A stretch of 64,000 nucleotides of DNA from contig BCKQ01000002.1 of the NCBI GenBank assembly GCA_001600695.1, positions 2,298,151 through 2,362,150 on the forward strand, in the 5' to 3' direction. Of the stretch, positions 9,153 to 21,565 are shown piece by piece. Position 1 is the first letter of the stretch, and every line of letters begins with the position of its first letter. The notes below the pieces were generated by a model that was given only the letters and a program-made list of their open reading frames with translations, did no database searches and had not been told where the DNA came from. The position numbers and the translations under genes were made by a program. The DNA is from Ascoidea asiatica JCM 7603. Lineage: Eukaryota > Fungi > Ascomycota.

Positions 9153-12100
9153 ATCAAAAATTGGTTTAGATTTAATTAAAACTTTAACAAGAGTTTCAAC
9201 TTTAGGTAATGGTTCAACTCCATTAGATACTTTTCAAGGTGATAATATTAATATTAGATTAGATCCAAATTCAGATTATTTTGATTCAAAATTATGGATT
9301 AAAAATTTAAAAAAATTATATGATTCTGATCAAGATTATTATAAACATTTTTCTTTAGGTTTATCTTATCAAAATTTAAGAGCTTATGGTAATTCAATTG
9401 ATACTGATTATCAAGCAACTTTTGCAAATTTACCAATAAAATTATTAAATAATTTAAAAAATTTAATTTTTAATAATAATTTAAAAAAAAAAAAAATTAA
9501 TAAAATTTTTGATATTTTAAAACCAATGGATGGTTTAATAAAACCTGGTGAAGTTGTTGTAGTTTTAGGTAGACCTGGTGCAGGTTGTTCAACTTTTTTA
9601 AAATCAATTTCTGCTCAAACTCATGGTTTTCATCTTGATAAAAATTCTTTTTTATCTTATGATGGTTTATCACAATCTCAAATTAAAAATAATTTTAGAG
9701 GTGAAGTTGTTTATAATGCTGAAACTGAAGTTCATTTTCCTCAATTATCTGTTTATGATACTTTATTATTTTCAGCAGAATTAAGAACTCCTGCAAATAG
9801 AAAACCAGGAATTTCAAGAAAAATTTATGCAAAACATTTAACTGATGTTTATATGGCAACTTATGGTTTATCTCATACTAAAAATACTAAAGTTGGTAAT
9901 GATTTTATTAGAGGTGTTTCTGGTGGTGAAAGAAAAAGAGTTTCAATTGCTGAAGTTTCTTTATGTGGTGCTCCTTTACAATTATGGGATAATTCAACAA
10001 GAGGTTTAGATGCTGCAACTGCTTTAGAATTTATTAAAGCTTTAAGAACTTCTGCTGATATTTTAGATACAACTTCATTTATTGCAATTTATCAATGTTC
10101 TCAAGATGCTTATGATTTATTTAATAAAGTTATTTTATTATATGAAGGTAGACAAATTTATTTTGGTAATTCTATTAATGCAAAACTTTATTTTCAAAAT
10201 ATGGGTTATGAATGTCCATTAAGACAAACAACTGCTGATTATTTAACTTCTTTAACAAATCCAAGTCAAAGAATAATAAAATCTGGTTATGAAAATAAAA
10301 TTCCAAAAACTTCTGAAGAATTTGAATTATATTGGAAAAATTCAATTGAATATTCTAATTTAATTAAAGATATTAATAATTATAATGAAAATTGTAAAAA
10401 ATTTAATTCAATTAATGAAATTCAAAAAGCTCATATTTCTTCTCAATCAAAAGGTCAAAGAGCAAAATCTCCTTATAGATTATCTTATATTGAACAAATT
10501 AAAACTTTAGTTAAAAGAGATTTTAAAAGAATTAAAGGTGATTTATCTATAACTTTAACTGCAGTCTTAGGTAATATTGCTTTAGCTTTAGTTCTTGGTT
10601 CTGTATTTTATAATTTAGAAAATAATTCTTCTTCATTTTATTATCGTACTTCTGCTTTATTTTTTGGTGTTTTATTTAATGCTTTTGCATCTTTCTTAGA
10701 AATTATGTCTCTTTATGAAGCTAGACCAATAACTGAAAAACATAAAATGTATGCTTTATATCATCCTTCTGCTGCTTCTTTTTCCTCAATTATTACTGAA
10801 CTTCCTTCAAAAATATTAATTTCTCTTGGTTTTAATATTGTTTTTTATTTCATGGTTCATTTTAGATATAATGCAGGAAGATTTTTTTTTTATCTTTTAA
10901 GTATGTTTACTGCAACACTTATTATGTCTCATTTATTTAGATGTATTGGTTCTGCAACTAAAACATTATCAGAAGCAATGCCACCTGCTCAAATTATTTT
11001 AATGGCTATCACTGTTTATACAGGATTTTTTGTACCAACAAGAAATATGGTTGGATGGTCTAGATGGATCAATTATATTGATCCAATTGCTTATGTTTTT
11101 GAACCAATTGTTACTAATGAATTTCATAATAGAAAATTTGAATGTGATATTTTTGTTCCTTCAGGTGATGGATATGATAATGTTAATTCAGAAAATAGAA
11201 TTTGTAGTGCAGTTGGAAGTGAACCTGGTGAAAATTATGTTGATGGTGATACATATATTAATACATCATTTAAATATTATAATTCTCATAAATGGAGAAA
11301 TTGGGGTATATCAGTTGCATTTGCAGTTTTTCTTTTAGCACTTTATTTAATATTATGTGAATATAATGAAGGTGCAAAACAAAAGGGTGAAATTTTATTA
11401 TTTCAAAGATCAACTTTAAAAAAAATTAAAAAAAATAAAGATGATGTTGAAGGTGGATATGATTTAGAAGAAAAAAAAGAAAATAAATCAAATAATAATG
11501 AAGATATTATTGGACTTATTAAAAGTAAAGATATCTTTCATTGGAGAGATGTTTGTTATGAAGTTCAAATTAAAAAAGAAAAAAGACAAATTTTAAATAA
11601 TGTTGATGGATGGGTAAAACCAGGAACTTTAACAGCATTAATGGGTGCATCAGGAGCAGGTAAAACAACATTACTTGATGTTTTAGCTAATAGAGTTACC
11701 ATGGGAGTAATCACAGGTTATATATTTGTAAATGGTCATATGAGAGATGATTCATTTCAAAGATCAACAGGATATGTTCAACAACAAGATTTACATTTAC
11801 AAACAAGTTCTGTAAGAGAAGCATTATTATTTTCAGCAAATTTAAGACAACCATTTTCAGTTTCAAAAGAAGAAAAAGCAGAATATGTTGAATCTGTAAT
11901 AAAAACTCTTGAGATGGAAAAATATGCTGATGCAATTGTTGGAGTTGCAGGAGAGGGACTTAATGTTGAACAAAGAAAAAGATTAACAATTGGAGTTGAA
12001 CTTGCAGCTAAACCACAATTATTATTATTTTTAGATGAACCAACTTCTGGATTAGATTCTGAAACAGCATGGTCTATTTGTCAATTATTAAGAAAATTAG

Positions 12101-13551
12101 CAGATAATGGACAAGCAATTTTATGTACAATTCATCAACCATCAGCTATATTATTAAAAGAATTTGATAGATTATTATTTTTACAAAAAGGTGGAAAAAC
12201 AGTATATTTTGGAGATTTAGGAGAAAATTGTTCAACATTAATTAATTATTTTGAGAAATATGGATCAACACGTTGTCCAACAGCTGCTAATCCAGCAGAA
12301 TGGATGTTATCAGTAATTGGTGCAGCACCAGGAACAAAAGCAGATAAAGATTATCATGAAGTTTGGTTAAATTCTGAAGAATATCTAGAAGTTAGAAAAG
12401 AATTAATAAATATGGAAAATGAATTAGTTAAAATTGAATTAGATCAATCAGAAAATCATCATAAATCATTTGCATCACCAATATGGTATCAATATTTTTT
12501 AGTTACACAAAGAGTTTTTCAACAATATTGGAGAACACCAAGTTATATATATCCAAAAGTTTTTTTAAGTGCAATTACATCATTATTTAATGGATTTAGT
12601 TTTTATATGGCAGGTACATCCCAACAAGGACTTCAAAATCAAATGTTTTCAGTTTTTATGATGTTAATTGTTTTTAATTCAATTTGTCAACAAATGATGC
12701 CATATTTTGTTGATCAAAGAAGATTATATGAAGCAAGAGAAAGACCATCAAAAACATTTAGTTGGATTTCATTTATTTTAGCACAAATTTCAGTTGAATT
12801 ACCATGGCAAGTTTTATGTGGAACTTTAGCATATTTTTGTTGGTATTATCCAGTTGGATTTTATAAAAATGCAGTTGTTGCAAATCAAGTTCATGAAAGA
12901 GGAGCACTTATGTGGTTATTTATGGTTGCATTTTATATTTTTTCAGTTACTTTAGGACAAGCATTAATTGCATCAATTGAATTAGCAGAAACTGCAGGAT
13001 CAGCAGCAAGTTTATTATTTACATTTATTTTAACATTTTGTGGAGTATTGGCAGGACCAAGTAAATTACCAAGATTTTGGATATTTATGTATAGAGTATC
13101 ACCATTTAATTATTTAATTAATGGATTATTAAGTGTTGGAGTTAGTGGAAATAAAGTTGTTTGTTCATCAATTGAATATCTTAATTTTAATACACCTTCA
13201 GGAAAAACATGTGGTGAATATATGAAGAATTATATTTCTAAATCTGGAGGATATTTATTAGATGAAAATTCTACAAATAAATGTGAATATTGTTCATATG
13301 AATATACAGATGATTTTTTAAAACAAGTTGATTGTGATTATGATATAAGATGGAGAAATTTTGGTATATTTCTTGTTTATATTTTTTTTAATATTTGTTT
13401 TACAATTTTTATTTATTGGTTTGCAAGAGTTCCAAAATCCAATGATAGAGTTCATAATGTTAAAGAAAATAATAATAATAATAATAATAATATTGAAGAA
13501 AATAAAGCTATAGAATCTTCCATTACTTCTTTAAAGCAAAATAGTAATTAA
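8920..13551 (+). CDS. Pleiotropic drug resistance (ABCG) full-size transporter, Pdr5/Cdr1 family
   Basis: NBD1 GRPGAGCST and VSGGERKRVSIAE; NBD2 GASGAGKTT, LNVEQRKRLTIGVEL and LDEPTSGLDS; two TM domains. The exact orthologue cannot be resolved. Confidence 0.97.
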
Positions 13552-14064
13552 TTCTTATCATTTCCATTGCCATTCCCATTTTTTTTTTGTATAAAGAAGA
13601 AAAATAATTTATTGTTCAAATTCAAATAAAATCTAGTTTTTTTTTTCCTATTCTTTTTCAATCATATTTTATAATATGTAAATATATAATTTAAATTATT
13701 TTCATTTCTATTCTAATTTCTGTTTAATTCTTAATATCTAAATTCATTTTTTATTTCTTATCTTTTTTATTTTAATTTTCTAACTAATAATAGTGTAATA
13801 AATTAGAAGTTTTTCTTTTCATATAAATTCAAAGGATTTACAGTATAAAAACCAGTAATAAAAAATAACTAATAAAATTATCCAATGAAAATTTCAATGA
13901 ATTATAATTATGATAAAATTGAATTGAATTGAATCAAGTATGAAAACAAAAAGAGATATAATCTAGAACAGTAATTATAAGCTAATAATTTTTTGAACTT
14001 CTGAAACAATGAATAACCTCAAATGAAATATTTTTTTAAAGTATTATAAGTAATTAGAATGGAG

Positions 14065-14080
14065 TTTCCTAATTCGGACA
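14065..14080. promoter_or_regulatory. Candidate Mcm1 (MADS) site
   Basis: TTTCCTAATTCGGACA matches CC(N6)GG with TTT flank; it lies in the long PDR-HDA2 spacer. Confidence 0.35.
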
Positions 14081-14791
14081 TTTCAATAGAAGTAAATGAT
14101 ATAGTAATAGAGTATTGGGTGTTTATTGGTCTTGGATATTAATGTTCAAAATAATTTAGTTGGATGAATTTAGTTAAAAAAATAAATTTATTTCAATTTA
14201 AAATTAATTGAAATAATATTGAATAATTTGAAGTATTTAATATACTGTATATAAATAAATGAAATTTTCTTTGAATAAATTTTTGAGTATTTAAATATGT
14301 TTTTTTGTTTTAAATATTCATATATATACTAATATAAATCATATAATAAATCATATAATAAATTCATTTTAAAATGTTTAATATTTTGTCAATTAGATTA
14401 CCATCAATTTCATTACAAAACTCTTCAGAAGATTTAAATGAGGAAAAAATGAGAGAAATTATTTCTCCACATCGTTATGAATTTTCAAATTATACACTTA
14501 TTTCAGAAGCTGGATTAATGAGGTTATTAAAATAAATATGAATTTATGAAAGTCAAATTTATTTTGGTATATACTGTAATTTTTTTTGATATGCTGCATT
14601 TTTATAATTTCTCGATTCTAAATTTCAGTTTCAATTTCAGTTTCTTCTTTTGAGAGTGGTAAAGACTAATTGAAAAGTACCTCCTCTTCAACTACCATAC
14701 ATCTTCATTGCCTGTATATTTCTTCTTACCTGGATGAAGCTCACTCTGTTTATTCATATCTTTCTCTCTTCTTTATTCTCTTCTTCAGCTA

Positions 14792-14822
<31 letters not shown>

Positions 14823-15195
14823 CAATACACATCTTCTTTTTCTCTTTTCTTTCATGTTCACAAAAACCACAAAAACCTCTCGTCACGTCAATTTTAAGCG
14901 AGCTGTCCTATATCAGTGAAGTGTCCTACAATCAAGCTGTGTGCTTCCCTGCTGAGCATCGGTCCCGAGACTGCGACAATGGGCGCTTAATTCTTTCATT
15001 CATTCTTCCATTCACTGCTTTTAGTGAATCTGAAGGAGATTTAAAGGAATCAAAGGAATTAAATCAGTTTGATTTCACAATATAAGTGATATCAAATAAC
15101 AAAACAAGTTATAAACAAGTTATAAACAAGCTATAAACAAGTTATATTTAGTTATTAATCCATTGAATTGCAATTAAGAAATTTATCTTTCAAAA

Positions 15196-17448
15196 ATGGA
15201 GTTGCTGAAACTTTTAGAGTCTGATGCTTCAAATAACTATAATAAAAGTAAAAACATTAATAATATCACAAATGATATCAATGATAATGAAATCAATACA
15301 AATAAAGAAATAGATAATATTAACAAAATCAATAACAAGAATGAATACTATTTCCCAGTTCCATGTACTTCAATTCAATACGATTTATTGAAAATTGTTC
15401 ATAGATTATCAAATACATATTTAAGAAAATATCCAGTTACAAATAATAATAGTGATATAAATTTTCAAAATATTAGTATATTAAAAATATTATTTAGAAA
15501 TTTAAATTTAATTACAAATAATCCATATTTATTAGTTGATCATTATAGTCCAAAGAATTTTTTATTAATGGAAACAAAATTAAATTTTTTAAATTTAAGT
15601 GGAAATTTTATAATTTTAGAAAAAATTTTAAAAATTTTTGAAGAATTTAATAATTTAAATAATTTAAATTATAAATTAAAAGATTTTAAAAAAATTAAAA
15701 AATTTAATATAATTTTAATTGCTCAAGATAATAAAGAATTAGATTTAATTGAAGGATTCTTAATTGGAAAATTATTAAATTATAAAAGACATTCAGGTAT
15801 AAAATTATTTGAAAATAATGAAAATGATTCATTTTCAAATTATAATTCAAATTTAAATTATCAACTTAATAATAATAATAATACTAATGATGATTTTGAT
15901 ACTAGTAATGATAATAAATATCTTCATAACACTAATAATACAAACAATGATAATGATATAGATATGGAGATGAATAATAATAATAATGAGTTTAACTCTA
16001 ATATTGATTCAAATATTAATGAAAATAGTAATTTAAATGCAGAAATACTTGGTACTGAATCAAATTCAGATTCTAACACTAATTCAACAACTAATAGTAA
16101 AGAAGATCAATATGTTAATAAAAGGAATAAAAAATTAGAAAAAAATAAAATTAAAAATGAAATTTATGAAAAAATTTTAAAAGATTTTTGTTTAACAATT
16201 CATTTAATTACTATTAATAATATTAAAAATATTGAAAAAATTAAAAATTTTGTAAAAATAAAAGATAAATCTTTTAAAAAATTTAATTTTATTATAAATT
16301 TTAATAATAAAAAAATTTCAAATATTTATAATATTTATAATCAATCTAATAATATTCCAATAATTAATTTTATATCTTTAAATTCTATACAACATTGTTT
16401 ATATTATGTTAATGAAAAAGATAATGAAAATAATTATAATAATAAATATTATAATAATGAAGTTAATGATAATATAATTAAAAAATCATTATATTTATAT
16501 AATTTAAATAAAAAAAATCAAATTAAAGAAATTGAGAAAATAAATAAATTTTATGAAAAAAATGAAGAAAATTTAATTAAATTTTTTATTTATAATGATA
16601 ATAAAAATAATAAAAATAAAGATGATTATAATGAATTTATTGAAGATATTAAAATTTTACCAAATATTAAAATTAATAAAAAATATTTCAAAATAGATTT
16701 TAATTATTGTATAAGTGATGATGATGATGATATTGATAACAATAATGAGAATATGAATGAAAATATGAGTATGATTTATTCAAATTATAAAAAAGAATTA
16801 AGTAGATTAATAAATTTTAAATTAGAAGAAATTCAAAATAAAATTTCAATTAATGAAAATTATAAAGAAATTAATTTAGAAAATAATTTTATTTTTAATA
16901 AAATTGAAGAAAGAAATGAAGAAATTACAAAAAAATATAAAATTTCCAAAGAATTAAATTTAGAAAGTTTAAATATTGAAAAAAAATTAGAAAGAATAAA
17001 TAATGAATTTAATAAAATTAATTTAAAATATTTAGAAATTGAAGAAAAATTTAATGAATATAATAAATGTTTTAAATTAAATGAAAATGAAACTAAAGAT
17101 AATGAAATTTTAGATAAATTTATTAAATTAAAAGTTTCAAATTTAAATAAAAAAGAAAATAATTTAATTGAAATTAATAATGAATTAAATTTATTAAATG
17201 AAAAAAATGAAAGTTTAAGAAAAAATTATAGTGAAAAATCAAGTTTAGCAATGTATTCAAATATTAAATTAAAAAAAATTGAAGAAAAAAATAAAGAATT
17301 GGAAAAAATTTTAAAAGAAAAAGAAAATGTATATAAATTGAAAGATTTATTTAATAACAATAAAAACAATAATAATGATAAAATTATAAATGATTTAGAG
17401 AAAAAGAAACAATTTCTTCAAGGATATTTAAAACAACTAAGTACATGA
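15196..17448 (+). CDS. HDA2: HDA1 histone deacetylase complex subunit 2
   Basis: YYFPVP...Q, NPYLLVDHYSPK and IIAQDNKELDLIEGFLIGK...KRHSG resemble Hda2 (IIAHSIKELDLLEGLILGK...KRLSG); C-terminal coiled coil; linked to MHR1/SUR2 as in S. cerevisiae. Confidence 0.8.
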   Translation: MELLKLLESDASNNYNKSKNINNITNDINDNEINTNKEIDNINKINNKNEYYFPVPCTSIQYDLLKIVHRLSNTYLRKYPVTNNNSDINFQNISILKILFRNLNLITNNPYLLVDHYSPKNFLLMETKLNFLNLSGNFIILEKILKIFEEFNNLNNLNYKLKDFKKIKKFNIILIAQDNKELDLIEGFLIGKLLNYKRHSGIKLFENNENDSFSNYNSNLNYQLNNNNNTNDDFDTSNDNKYLHNTNNTNNDNDIDMEMNNNNNEFNSNIDSNINENSNLNAEILGTESNSDSNTNSTTNSKEDQYVNKRNKKLEKNKIKNEIYEKILKDFCLTIHLITINNIKNIEKIKNFVKIKDKSFKKFNFIINFNNKKISNIYNIYNQSNNIPIINFISLNSIQHCLYYVNEKDNENNYNNKYYNNEVNDNIIKKSLYLYNLNKKNQIKEIEKINKFYEKNEENLIKFFIYNDNKNNKNKDDYNEFIEDIKILPNIKINKKYFKIDFNYCISDDDDDIDNNNENMNENMSMIYSNYKKELSRLINFKLEEIQNKISINENYKEINLENNFIFNKIEERNEEITKKYKISKELNLESLNIEKKLERINNEFNKINLKYLEIEEKFNEYNKCFKLNENETKDNEILDKFIKLKVSNLNKKENNLIEINNELNLLNEKNESLRKNYSEKSSLAMYSNIKLKKIEEKNKELEKILKEKENVYKLKDLFNNNKNNNNDKIINDLEKKKQFLQGYLKQLST

Positions 17449-18011
17449 TTACATCTATATAATAAAATGAAATGATGCAGTTATCAACTTATCAACTTAG
17501 ATTATTATTGTATTATTGTATTATTGTATTATTTGATAATAGTTTACAAAAGGTTATAACAGTTTATAATGGTTTATTTTATAATGGTTTATTTTGTGTT
17601 TCAATATTTCGTCAAATATGCGCAAATGCCACGCGACTTCTCAGAGACCAGAAATGTGGTACACATCAGCTACGTAAATCTTGCGCAAAACTATACGCTG
17701 AAATAAAGCTTTTTATTTGCAAGTTCTAATATAAATAGTAATTGAATGAAAGCAAATCTTTTATATATTACAATAATAACAAAATAATCTGAATTTGTAT
17801 TAAATCCAATTTCAATAGCCATGTTTAAATAATGATTTTTTTTTAATCAAACCTCATATAAATGCAAGGCTTCCCTAATTATTATAAATCTCATAAAATC
17901 CAATGAATAGCAATGGCTTTATTTCCTTATCAAAGAATTAGAATCTTAAATAAATACTTTTGGTTTGTATTGAATCTTTTTTATTAGAATAGTAAATATC
18001 TTAGAATAAAT

Positions 18012-18737
18012 TTATTTTCTTAATAATAAAATTAAAGTATCCATTTTAGCTTCTAGAACCATTATTCGATCCGAAGTTTTTTGTTGTTCCAATAATATAT
18101 TACTTAAAATTTCATCATATTTATTTCCTTTGGAATTATTTTCTGAATCAAATATATTTTTAATTTTTATAATATCATCCATCATTTTATCTTGATTTTC
18201 AATATTATTCATATCTGAAATTGATACATTACTTAATTCAATTAAATTTGATTCATTTAAAGTTTTTTTTTTATTTTTTTTAACATTATTATTAACATCT
18301 TTAAATTTTTTAAAATTTTCTAATTTCAATTTACCTTCAAATTCTTTTTTTTTCCAAAGTTCTTCAATGGCTTGTTGTAATTCATCTCGATGATATGTTA
18401 GTCCTGTATTTTGTTGTTGTTGTTGTTGTTGTTGTGTTGAATAGTGATAATGTTCAAGTTGTCGTAGATGATCTAAATATGTACGCGATTGAGTAATATT
18501 AACGCCAAATTGACTATTGCAAAGCTCACGAAAATCATTTCTTTCACCAGTCTTTTGTCCAAATGTATCAATGGCAGGATACCTTTTAGTGTATTCCTGT
18601 ACTAGGAAAATATTCATCTTAGAAGTCCACTGAATTACTTTTCTCTTTTTTGTTGGACCATTTGGTGAGGATTGAAATTGAGTTGATGAAACCTGACCAT
18701 TTTGAATATAGTCAATATTATTTTCTAAAGACATCAT
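18012..18737 (-). CDS. Orphan 241-aa protein with NLS and possible Myb/SANT-like helical domain plus C-terminal coiled coil
   Basis: First ATG is 18737 (the track starts at TTG 18869). PTKKRKVIQWTSKMNIFLVQEY, poly-Q, and C-terminal IMVLEAKMDTLILLL. The family assignment is an inference. Confidence 0.6.
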   Translation of the reverse strand: MMSLENNIDYIQNGQVSSTQFQSSPNGPTKKRKVIQWTSKMNIFLVQEYTKRYPAIDTFGQKTGERNDFRELCNSQFGVNITQSRTYLDHLRQLEHYHYSTQQQQQQQQNTGLTYHRDELQQAIEELWKKKEFEGKLKLENFKKFKDVNNNVKKNKKKTLNESNLIELSNVSISDMNNIENQDKMMDDIIKIKNIFDSENNSKGNKYDEILSNILLEQQKTSDRIMVLEAKMDTLILLLRK

Positions 18738-18867
18738 TATGATTGATGATTGAATTGTATTTACTTGTACTTCATAATATTTGATTGTTGTATTTTCTGA
18801 AGGTTTTTTATTCAAAAATTTAATGAAATTTGAGCTTTGTTTAGTTTTGAAAAAGAAAAAGTCGTGC

Positions 18868-18963
18868 AAATTTGCGTAAAGAAATTCAGGGCTGTCGGTT
18901 GACGCATAAGCTAAACGTTAATTCTAAACATGTGTTAAATATGCGTCACTTTTACGCAAATTT
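18868..18963. repeat. Nested inverted repeats
   Basis: AAATTTGCGTAAA (18868-18880) pairs with TTTACGCAAATTT (18951-18963); inside, TGACGCATA (18900-18908) pairs with TATGCGTCA (18940-18948). Confidence 0.85.
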
Positions 18964-19021
18964 AAAAATATTCATATTTTCAATAATTTTAAAACTAAAT
19001 CCAGATAATTGGTCTCAGTTG

Positions 19022-19033
19022 CGGATGCATCCG
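19022..19033. promoter_or_regulatory. Perfect palindrome CGG-N6-CCG, candidate Zn2Cys6 site
   Basis: CGGATGCATCCG in the divergent orphan/YAP1 promoter island. Confidence 0.45.
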
Positions 19034-19878
19034 ATTTTATTTTTGAAAAATGAATCACCTGACTGAAATAGCACGTGTCTTTTTTTTACAAGCCACTGGT
19101 CTCGGAAACAACGCAGTTAAGCCGCAGCTGATGTCAACAATTACCAGCCGCAAACCGGCGCCTAACTACGTGGGCCGCAGTGCTGACAAATAAAGCGCCG
19201 CGACGATGAGACCCCGGAGGCGTGGCGAGCGTGGCGAGCGAGAATCGTGCTAACTTCACAGTACTTTACAGTCAGTGCTAGTTTTATCAGTGGTGGAGTT
19301 TTAGCGCTTCTGCTGGTGTTTCTTCTCTTTCTTCTGTTGGCCATCGCAGAATTCAGGTTTGGAGAGTGGACAATTTACTGGGTTATTCGCAAACAAGAAA
19401 GAAAGAGGAAGGAAGAACTGAAAGAACTGAAAGAACTGAAAAGAAGCTAAAAGCACAATTTCTATTCTAGATTTAATATTATTAAGTATCAAAATATTTT
19501 ATTATTATACAATACTTATTAAATATCAAATATATCAATAATTATATCGATAAATAAATCAATAAATATTGTTATATTAAATATATTGTAGAATAGTTCG
19601 ATAATTATTCCATTAAAGCTGATCTTTAACTTCAGTTATATATTTATTTAAATTATTTATTATTGATAATAAGTGTAAATTTATTTCGCACCTTTTATAA
19701 TAGCATAATATTTACAATAATTTATTACTACTATTATTTATTCCAAAGTGGCAAACAATTACAAGCAATCAATCAATCAGTAAATCAGTAAATCAATCAG
19801 TTTATAATCGATAGATCAATTAATATATTCTTAAATAATTAATAAATCAAATACTTATCTACTACTATTTTTTATCTA

Positions 19879-20988
19879 ATGTCTTTATTATCTTCAAGTT
19901 TAATGAGTCCAGATCTTTCTGAAATGTCTGAATTTCATGATATTAATAATAACATTAATAATAATATGAATGATGATATTCAAGAATCTGAATCTCCTGA
20001 TGAATTAAATAAAAGAAATCTTATTCAATTATCACCAGAAAATACAAAACGTCAAGAAATTAAAAAAATTTCAAATACAAAACCTGGTAGAAAACCAATA
20101 AATTCTCAACCAAAAAATAAAAGAACTGCTCAAAATAGAGCTGCTCAAAGAGCTTTTAGAGAAAGAAAAGAACGTAGAATGAAAGATCTTGAAGATAAAG
20201 TTGCTGAATTAGAAAATGAAAAAAAAGCAACAAATACTGAAGCTGAATTTTTAAGAATGCAAGTTGAAATGTTAATGAATGAATTAGCAAGATATAGAGG
20301 TAATTCAGTTTCTGGTTCTGATTTACAATCTCAAATTTCAAAAAATAATAGTATTCCAATTTCTTCAAATAGTACTCCAATATCTTCTTCAAATTCAATT
20401 TCTAACTCAAATTTAGATTTAAATTCAAAAAAATTCACTTTTGAATTTCCATGGGATTCTTCAAATAATAATAATAATAATAATAATACTAATAATAACA
20501 ATAAAAATAATAATAATAATAACAATAGTAATGATAATCAATCTAAACAAAATCCTACAATTGATAACAATAATAATATTTCAAATTCAATTTCAACTGC
20601 TTCTTCTTTAAATAATTCAGATATTGGAAATTCTTCAATTCCTTCAACTAATTGTTCTTCAAATTCATCTCCTTCTGATACTTGTCAAAATATTATTAGA
20701 AATAAAAATAAAGAATTTAAATTTGATGATAAATTTGATCAAAAAGTTGATAGTTTTTGTTCTCAATTAAGTTTAGCTTGTGGTACAAAAGATTGTCCAG
20801 TACCAAAAATTAAAAATAATAGTATTGATATTACTAATAATAATATTATTAATAAATCAATTCCAAATTCAATTCCTTCTTTATCAACTTTATCAAATTC
20901 AGAAATTAATGAAATTTTAACACCTTCTTCAAATTTTATTACTTTATCTTCAAGTAAATTTACTTTACCTGATACTCAATTAAATTTA

Positions 20989-21039
<51 letters not shown>

Positions 21040-21481
21040 TATAATAAAGTTATTAATAATAGCAAAGATGATCCATTATCTTTTTTAAATATGACATCTT
21101 TTGATCCTTCTTTAGCTTTTGCTTTTGATATTAATTCTCAAGATTCACTTTTAAATAATGATTTATTTTCAAATTCTGCTTTCAATTCAGGTTATAGAGA
21201 TATTAATAATGATTTTGATTTATTTGATAATGATATTGGAGATTTTAATGATTATAATGATATAAATTCAAATAATTTAGATCCTATATATAATTTAACA
21301 ACTGAAGATTCTATATTTGATTCATTCAAAGATGATACCAATAATACAAATAATATTAATAATAATAATATTAATAATAGTAATAATAATTCAAAAATAC
21401 AAAATACAAATATATCCATACCTACAATAGTACCTTCAGCTGTGACAATACCTACAAATTCAATACCTGATAATAATAATT

Positions 21482-21565
<84 letters not shown>

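Noticed and set aside
17600-19140. Intact DNA transposon with terminal inverted repeats
   Set aside because: No transposase, no colinear TIR pair and no target-site duplication were seen; kept only as a possible relic in the findings.
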